Notes under the pieces: model-generated
Database searches by the model: none
What the model was told of the DNA's origin: nothing
Seen by the model: only the letters and a program-made list of their open reading frames with translations
Program-made: the position numbers and the translations under genes
Shown here: positions 38,564 to 53,222 of the stretch, in pieces
Numbering within the stretch: position 1 is the stretch's first letter
Layout of the letters: each line of letters starts with the position of its first letter
Assembly: GCA_964016885.1 (NCBI GenBank)
Contig: CAXHJY010001123.1
Span: forward strand, 1 to 64,000
DNA from: Eledone cirrhosa
Lineage: Eukaryota
Direction: 5' to 3'
Length of the DNA: 64,000 nucleotides

Positions 38564-38657
<94 letters not shown>

Positions 38658-39330
38658 TATATATATATATATATATGTATACTGTATTTGGCTAAATCAT
38701 AATTTATTATGTCTTTCTATCTCATTTCTAGAGAAAATAAAATACACATTACAACTCTTGTCACTCACCGAGTCCTCTCAACAACTTTGGATCTTTTACA
38801 CGCACACATATACGCACACACTCACATATACAAACACATATATACACATACATACACATACATATATACTCACACATATTTACACACATATATATATATA
38901 AACGGGAAAAGACATGTACATATAATTATATTATTGCAGTTTAATCTGATTTTCGCTTTCGCTATTTCCGTATTATTTCATTTATTCTTGTTTTGATTAA
39001 AGTATTTGCAAAAACATATTTACTCCAATCTTTACATATTTATAAACATTTATTCTTTAAGAGTATCTACATTTTAAATATGTTTCTATTCTCAAAACAT
39101 TGAAATTTTCTATATTTTCGTTACATTTATATTTAAGTTATACATGTATATTTTTTACTGCATTTGGTTATGATATTGTAATTTATTTTATTTATTTATT
39201 TTATTATATGTATATCTATACTATATTTATTCATACTAAATAATTACGATTTATTCTATTTGGTTTGTTTTAACATGTTAATTGGTTCAGTTCTTGCGTT
39301 TGTGTTTGTATTATGTTAACATAGAGTAGA

Positions 39331-39550
39331 GGGCGGTGGATTGGCAGTATCAGTAGAGGCTCGGACACCATTCTTTGCAGCATAGAGTTACGGCCCTTTA
39401 TGATCTGAGTTCAAATCCCGCCGATATTAACTTTGCCTTTCATCCTTACGGGGTCGATAAAATAAAGCACCAGTAACGTACTGAGGTCGATTAAATCGAG
39501 TTTCTGCTCCCCCACAATTGCTGACCATGTGCCTATATAAGAAACCATTA
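39331..39550 (+). mobile_element. SINE copy
   Basis: Family consensus match. Confidence 0.85.
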
Positions 39551-39726
39551 TGTTAACATAGAGGTCCTGTTTCAAATTGATGTCTTATCCAGCCAGCCTG
39601 GGAAATATTGATGAAAGGGCATCTGCACCATCTTTCAAGGATAACTTCCTCTCAGTCCATCTACTAGTTCTGCTTGAAATAGCACCCGAGTTTCATCCTT
39701 AATTACATTATCGTATCTTAAATTGG

Positions 39727-39912
39727 CAGTGAATTGGCAGTATCGGTAGAGGCTCGGACCCCATGCTTTCCAGCATAGTTACGTCTCTTTACGGTTTGAG
39801 TTCAAAACCCGTCGAGGTTAACTTTGCCTTTCATCCTTTCGGGGTCGATAAAATAAAGTACCAGTAATGCACTGGAATAATTGCTGGTCTTGTGCCAAAA
39901 GTAGAAACAATT
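39727..39912 (+). mobile_element. SINE copy
   Basis: Family consensus match. Confidence 0.85.
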
Positions 39913-40015
39913 ATCGTATCTTAAACAAAGGTTAATACACCGGATAATGCATTCCTAGATCATTTGGTATGTGGTTAATGATGGTGATGCTGGAAAGAAT
40001 GTTAATGTGCCTGAG

Positions 40016-40067
<52 letters not shown>

Positions 40068-40530
40068 GCGCGTGTATAATTTCATCAGACTAACTAAAAT
40101 AGAGGCATCAGAACTTTCTCCGAGGTCTCCGACGGCCACCCTTCTCTAGCCTTCTCCCAAACCCTCACATTTTTGCCTGTATTCGTAATTCTCACTTTAC
40201 TGCTGGTCTACAACGATTCCATTAGCTTTCAATGTTTCTGCTACAAAAATAGAATCGATTCATCCAGAAAGCAGCGAATTAACAGATTCGTTATGATGTC
40301 GGGTTACATGGCTTGATATTTTGTTCTGGCTCACTGAGGCCAGAGTTCAAATCCTGCCAAGATCAATTCATCGAGGTCGATATATAAAGAAGCAGTCTAA
40401 TACTTGGGTCTCAGTTTAATCCATTTGGAGGTGTGGACAAAACGAGGCCCTGAGCAGCACTGGCCGACTTTGTTGGTCAGCTTAAACCTGCACTTCAGGT
40501 GCCCAGTGGATCAAACAGCAACAACACCGT

Positions 40531-40582
<52 letters not shown>

Positions 40583-40619
40583 CACTACCACCACCACCAC
40601 CACCACCACCACCACCACC

Positions 40620-40702
<83 letters not shown>
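40531..40702. repeat. (CTA)n(CCA)n(CTA)n trinucleotide repeat
   Basis: Direct reading. Confidence 0.97.
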
Positions 40703-40704
<2 letters not shown>

Positions 40705-40819
40705 ATTTCAAAATGTGGTGCTTTATTGACATACCCTTATCCGGGACCTTCCAACAGTAATGGTTGCATTCTTTAAGGGTATGTCAATATTTATTCATAA
40801 AACTGCTCTATATTATATT

Positions 40820-40873
40820 TTATCTGATGAAAGCACACCATAATTTAACTTGGTGTCCTTGAAATATGTATAA
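40820..40873 (+). ncRNA. Putative hammerhead in a short fold-back fragment
   Basis: UUAU CUGAUGA AAG CACACCA..UGGUGUC CUU GAAA UAUGU AUAA. Cleavage register is imperfect. Preceded by an inverted repeat at 40724-40790. Confidence 0.5.
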
Positions 40874-40919
40874 TGAAATAAATATGGTTTTATACATATA
40901 GTTTCCATTTGTTAATATC

Positions 40920-40965
<46 letters not shown>

Positions 40966-41068
40966 TAGGTGTCCCCCAAAAATGTATATACACAAGATGT
41001 GGATTCTAATAAATATTGCCTGTACAGGTAAAACAAAGTGTGTATACATTTAAGGAGGACTCGCTCTC

Positions 41069-41136
<68 letters not shown>

Positions 41137-41215
41137 CACATATATATACATATATATATATACATATATATACACATATATATATATACACATATATATA
41201 TACACATATATATAC

Positions 41216-41259
<44 letters not shown>

Positions 41260-41273
41260 ATATATATACATAC

Positions 41274-41341
<68 letters not shown>

Positions 41342-41647
41342 ATATATATATATAGAGCGAGTCCTCCTTAAATGTATACCCACTTTGTTTTACCTATATT
41401 ATATATATATATATATACATACATATATGTACATATATATATATATATATATAACGGACGGAGCTCACCTGTCGGGGTGCTGACTCTTTTGCTATATATA
41501 TATATAGTAATAATAATAAATTTGAAATCTAAAATCCAAAGAGGGCTCGATAAGGATAAATATATATCAAATATATAAGAACCGTAGAGCAAATATTTAT
41601 TAAAATAACAGATTAAAGTTTAAGCAAAGAATCCTTTGCTTAAACTT

Positions 41648-41740
<93 letters not shown>

Positions 41741-44203
41741 TGGGAACAAGACTGATAAAGAGGAATATGGTGGAATTTAGAAATTAATTATAATTTACTG
41801 ACTTATTGTTAAATAGGTTACGAATTAAACGCAAATAGAACTAATTAAAAAGGAATGGTAAACATCTCAATATACGAGGGAGAATCGATATATGGATACA
41901 CACATACACACACACAGATACATACACACACACACACACACACACATGCACACACAAACACTCACACACACACAGACACACATACACACACACAAACACA
42001 GACACAGACAAACGTAGATACAGACAGACACACATGCATACACACACACACAAACACACACACACTGACACAGACAAAAACAAAAACTCAGTCACGCATA
42101 CATACACATACACTGACACACATACACACACAAACACACAAACACACATACACACATACAGACACACACACACACATATATATATATATATCAATATAAC
42201 TCTACAAATTAAGCTGACTCTAATACAGTATATTTTATACATATATATACATAGATACATAGATTGTTTTACTTATGCATATAACTAGGTATACATATAA
42301 AAATACATACACACACATATATCGATATATATAAAGTGAAGTTGGACGTTGTTTGTTTCTTTGTTTGGTGTCCCGAACTTGCAGGCTACACCGTTCATCC
42401 GATTTTCATGAAACTTGACACATATATAAAACTCGACCCGTAGATTGGATTAGGTTACTTGAAACTTTTGAAAAATTGATAATCGAGCTCCCATAAGCCA
42501 AACATCGATATTTTCAAAAATCGTCCGTTTTCGATGAAACTCGACGCAACTGTGTGTTTTGATCCGGGGAAGAACGTGGGCTACATTAATAATCGGACCC
42601 CAAGCGGCAAAAATCGATATTTTCAGAATTCGTCCGATTTCAATGCAATTTGATATTACAACAATAATAGATCTATTAGGAGTTACTCCAAGGCTGCAAA
42701 AATTCAGAAAGTTTTTTTAAACTCATAAATCATGCGTTAAATGAGACCTTTAAGAGTTAGGGCAGACAATTATTCATAGATTAATTATCAATGGCGCAAT
42801 ATTGTGGAAATATGCAAATCTACGCCTTTCTCTATGGGAAAATGGAAGGCTTTACAAACAGATATTTGGGGTTCTTTGAGTAGAATTCTTAATTCTTAAA
42901 TAATTTTGCAGTCAACAAAATATATGACAGAATGTTTTTCATATTTTTTTTTAAATATTTCGATTTCAATGAAATTTAATGTGTATGTATTCGAACACAA
43001 GCACTTTTAGTTTACATCTGGCGCAATCAAAATCAATTTCATATGCCCATATAAGCACGCACACATTGTGACTCATGCGCGTTATTGATTGGACGGCCTG
43101 TCTATACCACGAGCAGTATGTTTTCTCAACGATAGATACACAAACAGGTATGCACGCACGCGCCAACCGCCTTTTTCTTTTTGTGTGTATCCGCTTTTTG
43201 TGAACAACAATAAATCCGTCCGTCTCACTAAACGGTCATTTACAGAATTTGCCCACTTACTTATTGGTGAGTTAGTGCTTATTTATTTAGACTACTTGCA
43301 TGCCAGTTCAGTTAAATTTAATTCATTTTTCGCCTTCCTTAAATTTAAAAATCCCCATTGGGACTAGGGGATTGTTGACATCTTAGCGTTAAACTTTTCA
43401 TATTCCCCCTTATTCAAGTGCAAATACAGTATTATCCCTATCTGATAGGAAACCAAATTTAATGGTGTCTTTTGTGATGCCAAAAGCTAAAAGCGGTGAG
43501 TAAATTTTCAAACAGTCTTAAATAATTATGCTTTTTGAAAAAAATTTACTAAAAATTACTTTGACCAAGTTGTATTGGACACATGCAAAGTTGTAAAAAA
43601 TGTTACGTCCGTTCCAAATTTTTCCTTTTTTAAACAAAAGGTTCTAAAAAATTACTTAATTCATAACACTACTGTCACAGCCTTTTGCACAGGAAGTGAG
43701 TAAGTTTTCGGGTTTTTAAACGTAAGTTCACCAGGGTTTGTGTCTTTTCCATTATTAGCCCACCTCTAATGGCATTTTTTGTTCTGTTTACGACTAAATT
43801 TTATGAGCGTATTTGCAAATTGCTATTGTTCTTTAATTTTTTAATTAGTTGTCATAGACCATCTGCATGCAGTGTAATTGATTGCGCACACGTACACACC
43901 TGCATGCAGATAAAGAATGACAGCTAATAAAAAATCGATAATTTGCTTATTAAGACATCGGTCAGAAGAGAGATTGAATGTACTTTAGAAAATCTTTTGA
44001 ATATATTGTTCTTTTTGGCATGATATGTCAGAAATATAGCTACTATTCACTTCGGTTATTTTTTGTAACTAAAAAACGGTTCCTTTTGGGTGGATACTTA
44101 ACGAGAAAAATCCCAGGGTTTTGGACAAGTTTGTTTCAGGCACTGTATAGACGCCAATTTTGTCACACCTTGGTCATGAATTTGTATTCTTTTCCAATAA
44201 ATA

Positions 44204-44457
44204 CCGTATTTTCCGCTCTATAAGGCTCACCGGGATATAAGGCGTATCATTTAAAATCAGGTCCGCGGAACGGCGTGTAAGGCCAACCAGGAAAATGCTA
44301 TCTTTACTTTTAGTCTAGATCTATTACTTCTGTTAGAGCCGTGATTGATTACCATTGTATTAGTTATACATAAGGCTCACCGGAGTATAAAGCGCAGAGC
44401 TGTTTTTTAAAGAAAATTTAGGTATTTTAAGTGCACTATATAGGCCGGAAAATTCGG
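44204..44457. mobile_element. Tc1/pogo-type MITE nested in the Helitron
   Basis: TA|CCGTATTTTCCGCTCTATAAGG ... TATAGGCCGGAAAATTCGG|TA. Confidence 0.78.
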
Positions 44458-44581
44458 TAGGTTATTATAATTATATTTCCAAACCTTCCCATTCACCAGT
44501 AACCATGCTAGCGAATTTGGTGTCACCTCTCTCTGTACTTAATCACCCATCCCTAACCTAACAGCTTCGTTACACGACGTT

Positions 44582-45470
44582 ATGCCCACACGGAAACGTT
44601 CAAGACTTACCTCCAAAAAAGATACAGCTACTGGTTTGAGACGACGAATTAGGCGTTCTCAGGTATGCGTTCATTCACAATTGGTTAATCCTTTATGCAA
44701 TATTCTCCCTCAATGTTAGCAAGCACTGCGTTTATCCCAACTGTCACCTCTTTTAAGCAACTACAACATTCTAATCGTAGTTATATTAAATTTATTGTCT
44801 TACCTTGATTCCCTTTTGTTCATATTACACTTTTTTACTATCGGCACAGTGCCTTTGGCTTAGCTAACCAGTAGCATAAATTAACTTTCTCTAGGAAACA
44901 CCTGCTGAGTGCGAATCTCGACTCGCTGAGAAACGTCTTTCCCAGCTGGTTGAGTCACCAACATCTCGTACGACGCGTCTTGCTGGCGTTCGCCTTCGTT
45001 ACCAACAAGCGCTTGCAGAGGAGTCACCAACATCCCGTACGACGCGGCTTGCTGGCGTTCGCCTTCGTCGTCAACAAGCGCTTGCAGAGGAGTCCACGGC
45101 AGACAGAGACAACAGGCTTGCTGCTAAGCGTTCCCGGCATACATTAGCTACTGCTGCCAAGAGCTCAGGCTGGGTAAAAGCAGCCTTCAGATATAACCCC
45201 TCTGAGGATTACTGACTTCTGCCTACAGTTTCCATTGGCAAAATGGATAATGTCTGTACATCCTGCAAGGCAATGAAGTGGCCAGGCGAGGCGCCTTCTA
45301 TGTGCTGTGCAGGAGGTAAGGTGCAACTAGAGGCATTGGCTGACCCGCCAGACGTTCTTCTGAATCTACTTACAGGTGACGACACTACGGCTACAACGTT
45401 CCACCGTAACATGTGGAAATACAACTCCTGTTTCATGATGACCTCCTTTGGTGTAGACAATAACAACACC
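44582..45470 (+). pseudogene. Helitron RepHel N-terminus (two exons: 44582-44662 and 44895-~45470)
   Basis: MPTRKRSRL...RRSQ|GT..AG|ETPAECESRL, 23-aa repeats, CTSCKAMKWPGEAPSMCCAGGKV, KYNSCFMMTSFG. One in-frame TGA at ~45213. Confidence 0.8.
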
Positions 45471-45605
45471 AACAACAGCGTGAACCCCAACAACAACGTT
45501 GCACCTGTGATACGCGGGAAGTAACTTTCACACATTTTAACAACAGAGCAAAAGTCGACTTACACCCGGGCAATACCGGGTACTTCTGCTAGTATATATA
45601 TACAT

Positions 45606-45666
<61 letters not shown>

Positions 45667-45733
45667 AATTTAAAACTTTATAAAGTAACTGTCTCTCGCT
45701 CTCCCCCTCTCTCTCTATAGATATCTATATTTA

Positions 45734-45792
<59 letters not shown>

Positions 45793-46341
45793 ATCTATCT
45801 ATTTATCTAACTATCTCTCTCTCTCTATATATATATATAGGAGAGAGAGAGAGAGAGAGAGAGAGTGTGAGAGTGCTAGAGAGAATGAGAGGGAGAGTTG
45901 TGGGTCGGAATGAAAGGAAAGACCAACCGACATACACTGTAGAAGTCATACATCATAACAACAGTCTGACTTAACCAGTTTCAAGACGAAAACACGTCTA
46001 ATTATATTCCCCATCTTGTTTTTCTCTCCTCAAACTTTACTCATGCGTGTTTTCGTCATGAAACCGTTAGTGTGGCGTTGTTACGTCAAACTCTTATGTA
46101 TGACAGGTTTAGCTTACCTCCTCCAATGTATATCTCGTTGGAGGTGTCTTGGGTGACTTAATGATAGGGACCCCAGTCCTATCATCTCATTTCTACAGCC
46201 GAGTAAACTGAAGCAACTTGAAATAAAGTGTCTTGCTCAAGGAAACAATACATCACCCAGTCCGAGAATTGAACTCGCAATTGAACTTTCGATTGCAAGC
46301 CCAATGCTCTAACCACTAAGCCATGCTCCTTCACAAACTCT

Positions 46342-46394
<53 letters not shown>

Positions 46395-47234
46395 TACACA
46401 TACACATACATACCCCCCCACACACACATACACATACACATACATACCCCCCCCCCACACATATATATATATATTCACCCACATATATATGTGCATTGTG
46501 ATAGCGCATGACCTTATGTTAAGGATTGCGGGCTTCCGATCGTCATGTGATTTGATTCCGGTATCGGGTGAATCGGTGTTATCTTGAGCAAAACGACTTC
46601 ATTGCAGGTTGTTCTAGTACAGCTGAAAATTAGTAGCAACAGCAACAGCAGCTGTCGTTTGAAACTGCGACGAACAGGCGTCCTTGACCAATGGGGAACC
46701 TTGTACACATGTTGTAAAGATCTTTTATATATATAGCAGTTGTACTTTTCAAACCCTTTTTTATGACATTTTTTTCCGTTTTATTAAGCCTTATCATCCA
46801 GGAAGTAGGTATGTAAACAATCCATTTTTAGAACCGTTGAACGATAGGAAGATTGAATTTGTAAGTTAGCAGCGTCAATGTATTTTGACTATGAAAAATA
46901 ATCTAATATATAAATAAACGTCGTGTGTGGAGCTCGAATTTTCAAACTTACGAAGCACGGAGGAAATGAATTTATAAAATGTGGTGTTTGATTGTTCGTA
47001 GTGGACGTTGACAGCATTTTTTCGTCTCTAAGTTTCTTTGCCCGATATTATAAGCTATTCTATAGCAACTGAATAGGATTGGAATCATTTTCTGTGCCCG
47101 AGCTTCGTTCATCTTCCTATAATAAATGAAGAGTGAATAACAAATTTAGACTTATAACATAATTTTACTCTACGTACGTTTCAATATACAACAGCCGGCC
47201 ATACCTCAATATATATTGGGCATTCGTCTGCTGT

Positions 47235-47268
<34 letters not shown>

Positions 47269-47307
47269 TAGAGAGGGAGGGTGGAATTGGAAATACCACG
47301 GAAAATA

Positions 47308-47469
47308 CCGTATTTCCCGGCGCCGAAGACGCTTCGTCCAGGTGGACGCACCCTAATTTTGACGACCAAAAATTTGAAAAAATTATTATAAGCAGCCTCG
47401 AGGACGCATGGTAGATTTTTGAGACGTATTTTAGAGGAAAAGTAGCGTCTTCGACGTCGGGAGATACTG
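47308..47469. mobile_element. Tc1/pogo-type MITE
   Basis: TA|CCGTATTTCCCGGCGCCGAAGACGC ... GCGTCTTCGACGTCGGGAGATACTG|TA. Confidence 0.8.
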
Positions 47470-47734
47470 TATATTTGAGGATCTGTTTTTCTATTTTTCT
47501 TCTTTGATTCGTCAAAGTGACATAATTGTATATTAAGTACCAGTAATGTACTGGGTATTTGCTGGCCTTGTGCCTAAAGTAGAAACAATGATTGTATATT
47601 CTGAGTTCAAATCCCGCCGAGGTCAACTTTGCCTTTCATCCTTATGGGGACGATAAAATAAAGTACCAGTAATGTACTGGGTTATTGCTGGCCTTGTGCC
47701 AAAAGTAGAAACAATTATTGTATATATATAACAA

Positions 47735-47921
47735 AGAGGGTGTGGTAAGAAACCAGGTGGACCATAACGCACCAGAGTACTCAATACTTAAGGTAGTAGA
47801 GTGGGTAATATGAAAAGAATCAGGACCCTGACGGCTGAGCTCCGGCCGTTTCGACAGCTACAACCAAACTGTTCGGATCTAGCTGCCGAGACGGCCGGAG
47901 CTCAGTCGCCGGGGTCCTGAC

Positions 47922-47922
<1 letters not shown>
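47735..47922 (-). mobile_element. Fold-back fragment related to 30246-30452
   Basis: Arms ~47820-47863 and 47879-47921. The tail matches 30375-30450 in reverse. Confidence 0.72.
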
Positions 47923-47978
<56 letters not shown>

Positions 47979-50664
47979 TACTCTTTTACTCTTTTACATG
48001 TTCCAGCCATCCGGCTGAGGCCATGATGTTTAACTTATGCCTAAGTTTCCATCGGTAGAATACAGCTACAGCTAACAAATACTTATCCCTAACTGTAGGT
48101 TCTGGAATTAAGAAACATTATTAATTATCTCGATAAATTAAGACAACCAGCATTGGAAGAAAATTCCTTTATCAGAGGGGTTCTTTAATTTAGTAAACAG
48201 ACTTTATCTTTATTGAACCACGCATGCGCGTGGTTCAACCACCAACTAGATATCTATATATCATGGACAATATAACAGGTTTGTAATGACGTTAGAAATA
48301 GCACCCATGAAACCTGTCTAGTATAGTACCTTACATTTAACTGAATTCGTGGTCAGCTGCACTTTAGCGTAATAGCTAACGCACTCGGCTTGGATTTGAG
48401 AGATACTGTGTTCAATTCTCCGTAGTGACTGCGGCCAACTTTTTCCATTTCTGCGCTATTTCTTATAGCGATCTACTGTTGTTACAGCTACTTTCGGGGT
48501 TACAAAGTATGCAACTGAAACTGCACCAAAATGTATAAATATATACACATATCTAAATATAGGCATTCAAATATGCCTGAAAATATGTATTTGTACAGAT
48601 ATATCTATATTTGGTACAGATATATTTATATTTACTTCGGCTGGTAGCACGCTTTTTAATATAAAAGGATAATGATCCCATAACTCCTTGTGGAGTCGTA
48701 GAGGCACCATCATACGGCTTGTCTAGGGCACACTTAAACCTGGCGGAGCCCAACCCTCTCCAGGTATGAATACAGTCGATTTTTTCTATAGAGGAAGAAT
48801 CAACCCCAGTACTGGACTAATATTTTTTTATGGACCTCGAAAGGCTGAAAGGCAAAGTTGACACCAGTGGTATTTGAACTCAGAGTACACAATGAGGTGA
48901 GACAAATACCGTAAAGCATTCTATCCACCGTCTTAACGACTCTGCCAATTCGTCACCTTAATATACAACTTAATATATAACTTAATTTAATTACCAATAT
49001 GAGCGCTAATTATATGCAAATTAGTATGTCCATTTCAGAATAATACTAAGAACGAATGGGCATATATACCCATCGAATACATGTTTCCTTGTGGTTGACA
49101 GGATAATATACAAGTCCATTAATGAAGGTCCAATTAGATCCGAAAATTGCTTAAAGATGTTTATCATATTTTCAATTTACAGGAAAATTTATATTTTCTA
49201 GCATGTTTACAAATATTAGATATGTGTATATATTTATACATGTTGTTGCACTATCAGTTACGCACTCTTTATATACGCAGATATAATTTTATCACATACA
49301 TACATATATATATAAAGAGAGATAAACAAACAGGTAGATTACATCATGAAAAGCCAATTACCCAAATACACACACATATACACACATGCAAATGAACACA
49401 CACACACACACACACGTATATATATATATATATATATATATATACAAACATACCACACATACGTACACACACACAATCATACACACACAATCATACACAC
49501 GCACACATATGAGAAATGTTTCTATCTCTCTAACCATTAATTGTCCTGTTTATAAATTTGAAGAATTATGGAACAACGCCAACGTTAAACCATATAGAAA
49601 TCGTCCCCCCATACCAAAACCTCTCCCCAAACCACCCAGAATCACCCACACAACATCCCCACCATCACCTTCCCCCATTCCAATAATGGATGCTATCTAG
49701 AAATATGGCGTCAAGCATAATTACGCGTTATATGTTCAGGAAATCCATAAAATGTATCCGTCTTCTCACTCCATCATACACACATACATACGCACATACA
49801 TACGCGCATACATACGCACATAAATACATACATGCATACATACAAACATACATACGCTGATAAGTACATGCATGCATACATATATACATGGTGGCTGCCA
49901 ACTCGTTTTCGAGTACGACCACTACTTTATATCCATGTAGGAGAACCCCTACCGATGCGCTGAACGAGTGTGACTTTTTAGTCCAGCCAGCGACTTGAAA
50001 ACTCTGGTACAAACACTACACTTGTGACAATTAATGACACATAGTGCTGGGCCCATGGTACCATGTGACGACAAGTGCAGAGAGATCTCCAGATATAAAG
50101 CAATGCCTGTGCCGTGAAGCTTTTATAGTGAGCAAAGGCACTGCAAAAAGCCAGTCCCACTCTCTTAACCAAGATGATATTTACCAAAAAGAAGAACAAA
50201 TCAACATCATTGGATACCATCAGGGTTGCAGGTGTTATATCAGAGTTTTCCTTCTCCTAGAATTCTGCCTTGACAAAGGCTAAGGGGTCATCTCTCCCGG
50301 TGATTTTGGATGGCCATTGACTCTTAAGAGCTCCTTTGCCCTTTGACAGGTTTTGTTTTTAGTCCTGCAGGATGTCCAAAGTCATCCTCCTCACCAAGAA
50401 ACCTTGGTGGGGTTGCCAGTTTAGTCGCCAACGACCCGACCATGAGACAGGTTGTACTGGGATACATGTTACCAGCAGCACCAACTGGTGACCTGACATA
50501 TATACATATATACATACACACATATACATACATACATACATACATACATACATACATACATACATACATACGCACATGAATACATACATACATGCATACA
50601 TACATACGTACGTACATACATACAGACAGGCATACAAACAGACATACATTATATACCTATACTA

Positions 50665-50698
<34 letters not shown>

Positions 50699-50901
50699 TC
50701 ACACACGCACACACATATGTATATATAAATATAATACATACAATATTACATACATCCTTGTATACAGAGATGCATATAAACATACACGCATATACATACA
50801 TACACACATACATACATGCTACACACCCAGACAACACTCACACAATATATATATATATATAAAGATATCTATCTATCCATCCATATCTCTCTCTCTCTCT
50901 C

Positions 50902-50943
<42 letters not shown>

Positions 50944-50981
50944 ACTCTCACTCTCTCTCTCTTTCTTCTCTCTCTCTCTCT

Positions 50982-51027
<46 letters not shown>

Positions 51028-52495
51028 ATATATACACATATATATATATATATATATATATACAAACATACATTGATATATAATTAGTGGATTTTAAATT
51101 TCAATAAAGGAGATTTGTTTCTATGTTGAAGGACTGGTTACATCAATATTGAAGATGAATTTGAATATAAAACCAGAAGTCACACACGCATAGATATTTT
51201 CGTGATTCCGTACTAACATATTATATAGGCATATTGAGTGCGTCTATTTATTTATTTATATATCTTCCTATTCCACTCTACATCTACTTCTAAATATTTC
51301 GTAATTTATCCCCCCCCCCCCTCACGCAGGTGCCCACGCATACACTGACACGTGCGTGCACAAATACACGCATACATATACATATATTAAAGTTTTCGTT
51401 TCTTTTTGTGGTTATTTCGTCAAAATCACATCTGATCAAAGGTGCTACAGCCATGATCATGTCTTCTATTTAGGTCTATCTTGACTATATCATCTAATGT
51501 TAACATATTATCTTATGCCACTGATTTGAGAGTGATTTGGCAGCTATTTCTAGCTGGTCGCCGTGTAACCGTATACCTGTTGGGTAAGATAAATAAAAAT
51601 AGGTTACACTATGAAATATTGACCTTGAGTTAAACAAAAATAACAATAAAATGTTTGTAAACAAAACCTCCTTTACTTGGTCGCTTGATCTACAAGAAGT
51701 AGCAGCTAAATCCCCTTCAAATCACACCCTGTTTTCGTTAGGAAAAAAGAAGAAAAGTGGAACTTGAACTCAGAATGCAAAAAAAAAAAAAAAAAAAAAA
51801 AATACTAGAAATTTCGCAAGGCATCTCTGCCCAAATCACTTTCCTGGAGTGACACTTTATCGACCTCGAAAAGATGAAAGGCAACGTTAATCAAAACGAG
51901 ATTTGAACTCAGCGAGAACAGAGGAACCTAATAAGCAAAGTATTTACGATTCAGTCAGTTCGGTGCAATCTATCTGTCAGGCAACCGTACAGATTCTTTT
52001 TTAATAAATTTCACTCACAAGACTATGTCGAAGCGGCGAGTTGGCAAAGTCGATAGAACGTCGGATAGAATACTTCGCGGTATTCGTTTCAGCTCTCTAG
52101 GCTTTGAGTTTGAATCTCACCGAGGCCAATTTTGCCTTTCAACAACCAGATTTAAAATACGCTCCTACGACTCCACCAGGAGTTAATGCCCCATGGCATG
52201 GCATGTTGTATAAATGAATACATTTTTCACAGGCAAATATAATGATGTATTAATACAGAAGCAACGTCATAACATCGTTCTAAAATCAATGAAGCTAAAG
52301 AGGAAGTTATTAAACCATAGAGGCACCAGACACCGCCATATTCTCTTAATGTAGGCTTCGAAATATCAGCAATTGTTAAACTGATAAATATAACATTTTG
52401 ATAAACGATCTTTGCAAACGAAAGGAAACATTACTGAAATTATACATTCACATTGATGAGCTATTCTTGTATGTATATATATATATATATCTATA

Positions 52496-52530
<35 letters not shown>

Positions 52531-52897
52531 CAAATAGAAGTACAGCATAATCAAAGCTCTGGCTGCAGCTAAGCTAACGAATGCAATTGGCATGTGCGGC
52601 TAAGCACTCAATAAGGTATTTTACCGTAGACTAATAATATTACGTTTAGACAGCTTTGCAAATTGAAGATTGCAACCGGTAAGCCAATCGCAGGGACCAA
52701 AGCAATGAGAAAACCAACTCAGGATAATTTGACAAACCTGGACCATGGCGTCGATATTATGCAATACCTCCGCTAGCTTTCTGTGAATGCGAAATCAACA
52801 AAATCCACTTGCGGGGCATGCAAGTTATTGGTTTTGGAAGATCGAACAGAGGATTCACTTTCTCAACAGGTATCCGTTCTCAGGCGCGCCGGTAGTG

Positions 52898-52978
<81 letters not shown>

Positions 52979-52980
<2 letters not shown>

Positions 52981-53222
52981 ACACTGGTGCGTTATATCCG
53001 TAATGGTAGAGCACTCAGTCCATGGGACAAGTTTGGTAGAAGTAGTATCACAACAGTTAGTTCACCATACCCACAACAATTGTGCTCTACCACTACGGAT
53101 ATTACCTTCCAGTGTTCTACCTCTATACACATCTCCAGCACCGATCAGCAGATTCTTCACCACGTGGGAGTTTTGTTTTCTACCCTGTGAGCGCTCTCTA
53201 TATCCTCGTGTCCTACACAACT
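52979..53222 (+). repeat. Diverged fold-back fragment plus tail next to (TA)n(GA)n
   Basis: GAACACTGG..ATATCCGTAATGGTAGAGCAC pairs with GTGCTCTACCACTACGGATAT..CCAGTGTTC. Confidence 0.6.

Larger units (their letters stand above)
32880..38570. mobile_element. Second Neptune-like PLE insertion: 5'-truncated minus copy plus an inverted 2.15-kb 3' copy
   Basis: 32918-35069 is a near-identical reverse complement of 36411-38570. (TA)n flanks. Confidence 0.93.
42322..45592 (+). mobile_element. Internally deleted Helitron
   Basis: 5' A|TCGATATATATAAAGTG...GTTTGTTT...CCGATTTTCATGAAACTTG. 3' hairpin ACCCGG-GCAATA-CCGGGT then CTAG|T. Carries the Rep/Hel N-terminus. Confidence 0.82.

Noticed and set aside
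44115-44146. Tc1-like terminus (CAGTGCCTGAAAC on the minus strand)
   Set aside because: I could not find the matching opposite terminus, so element limits are unsupported.
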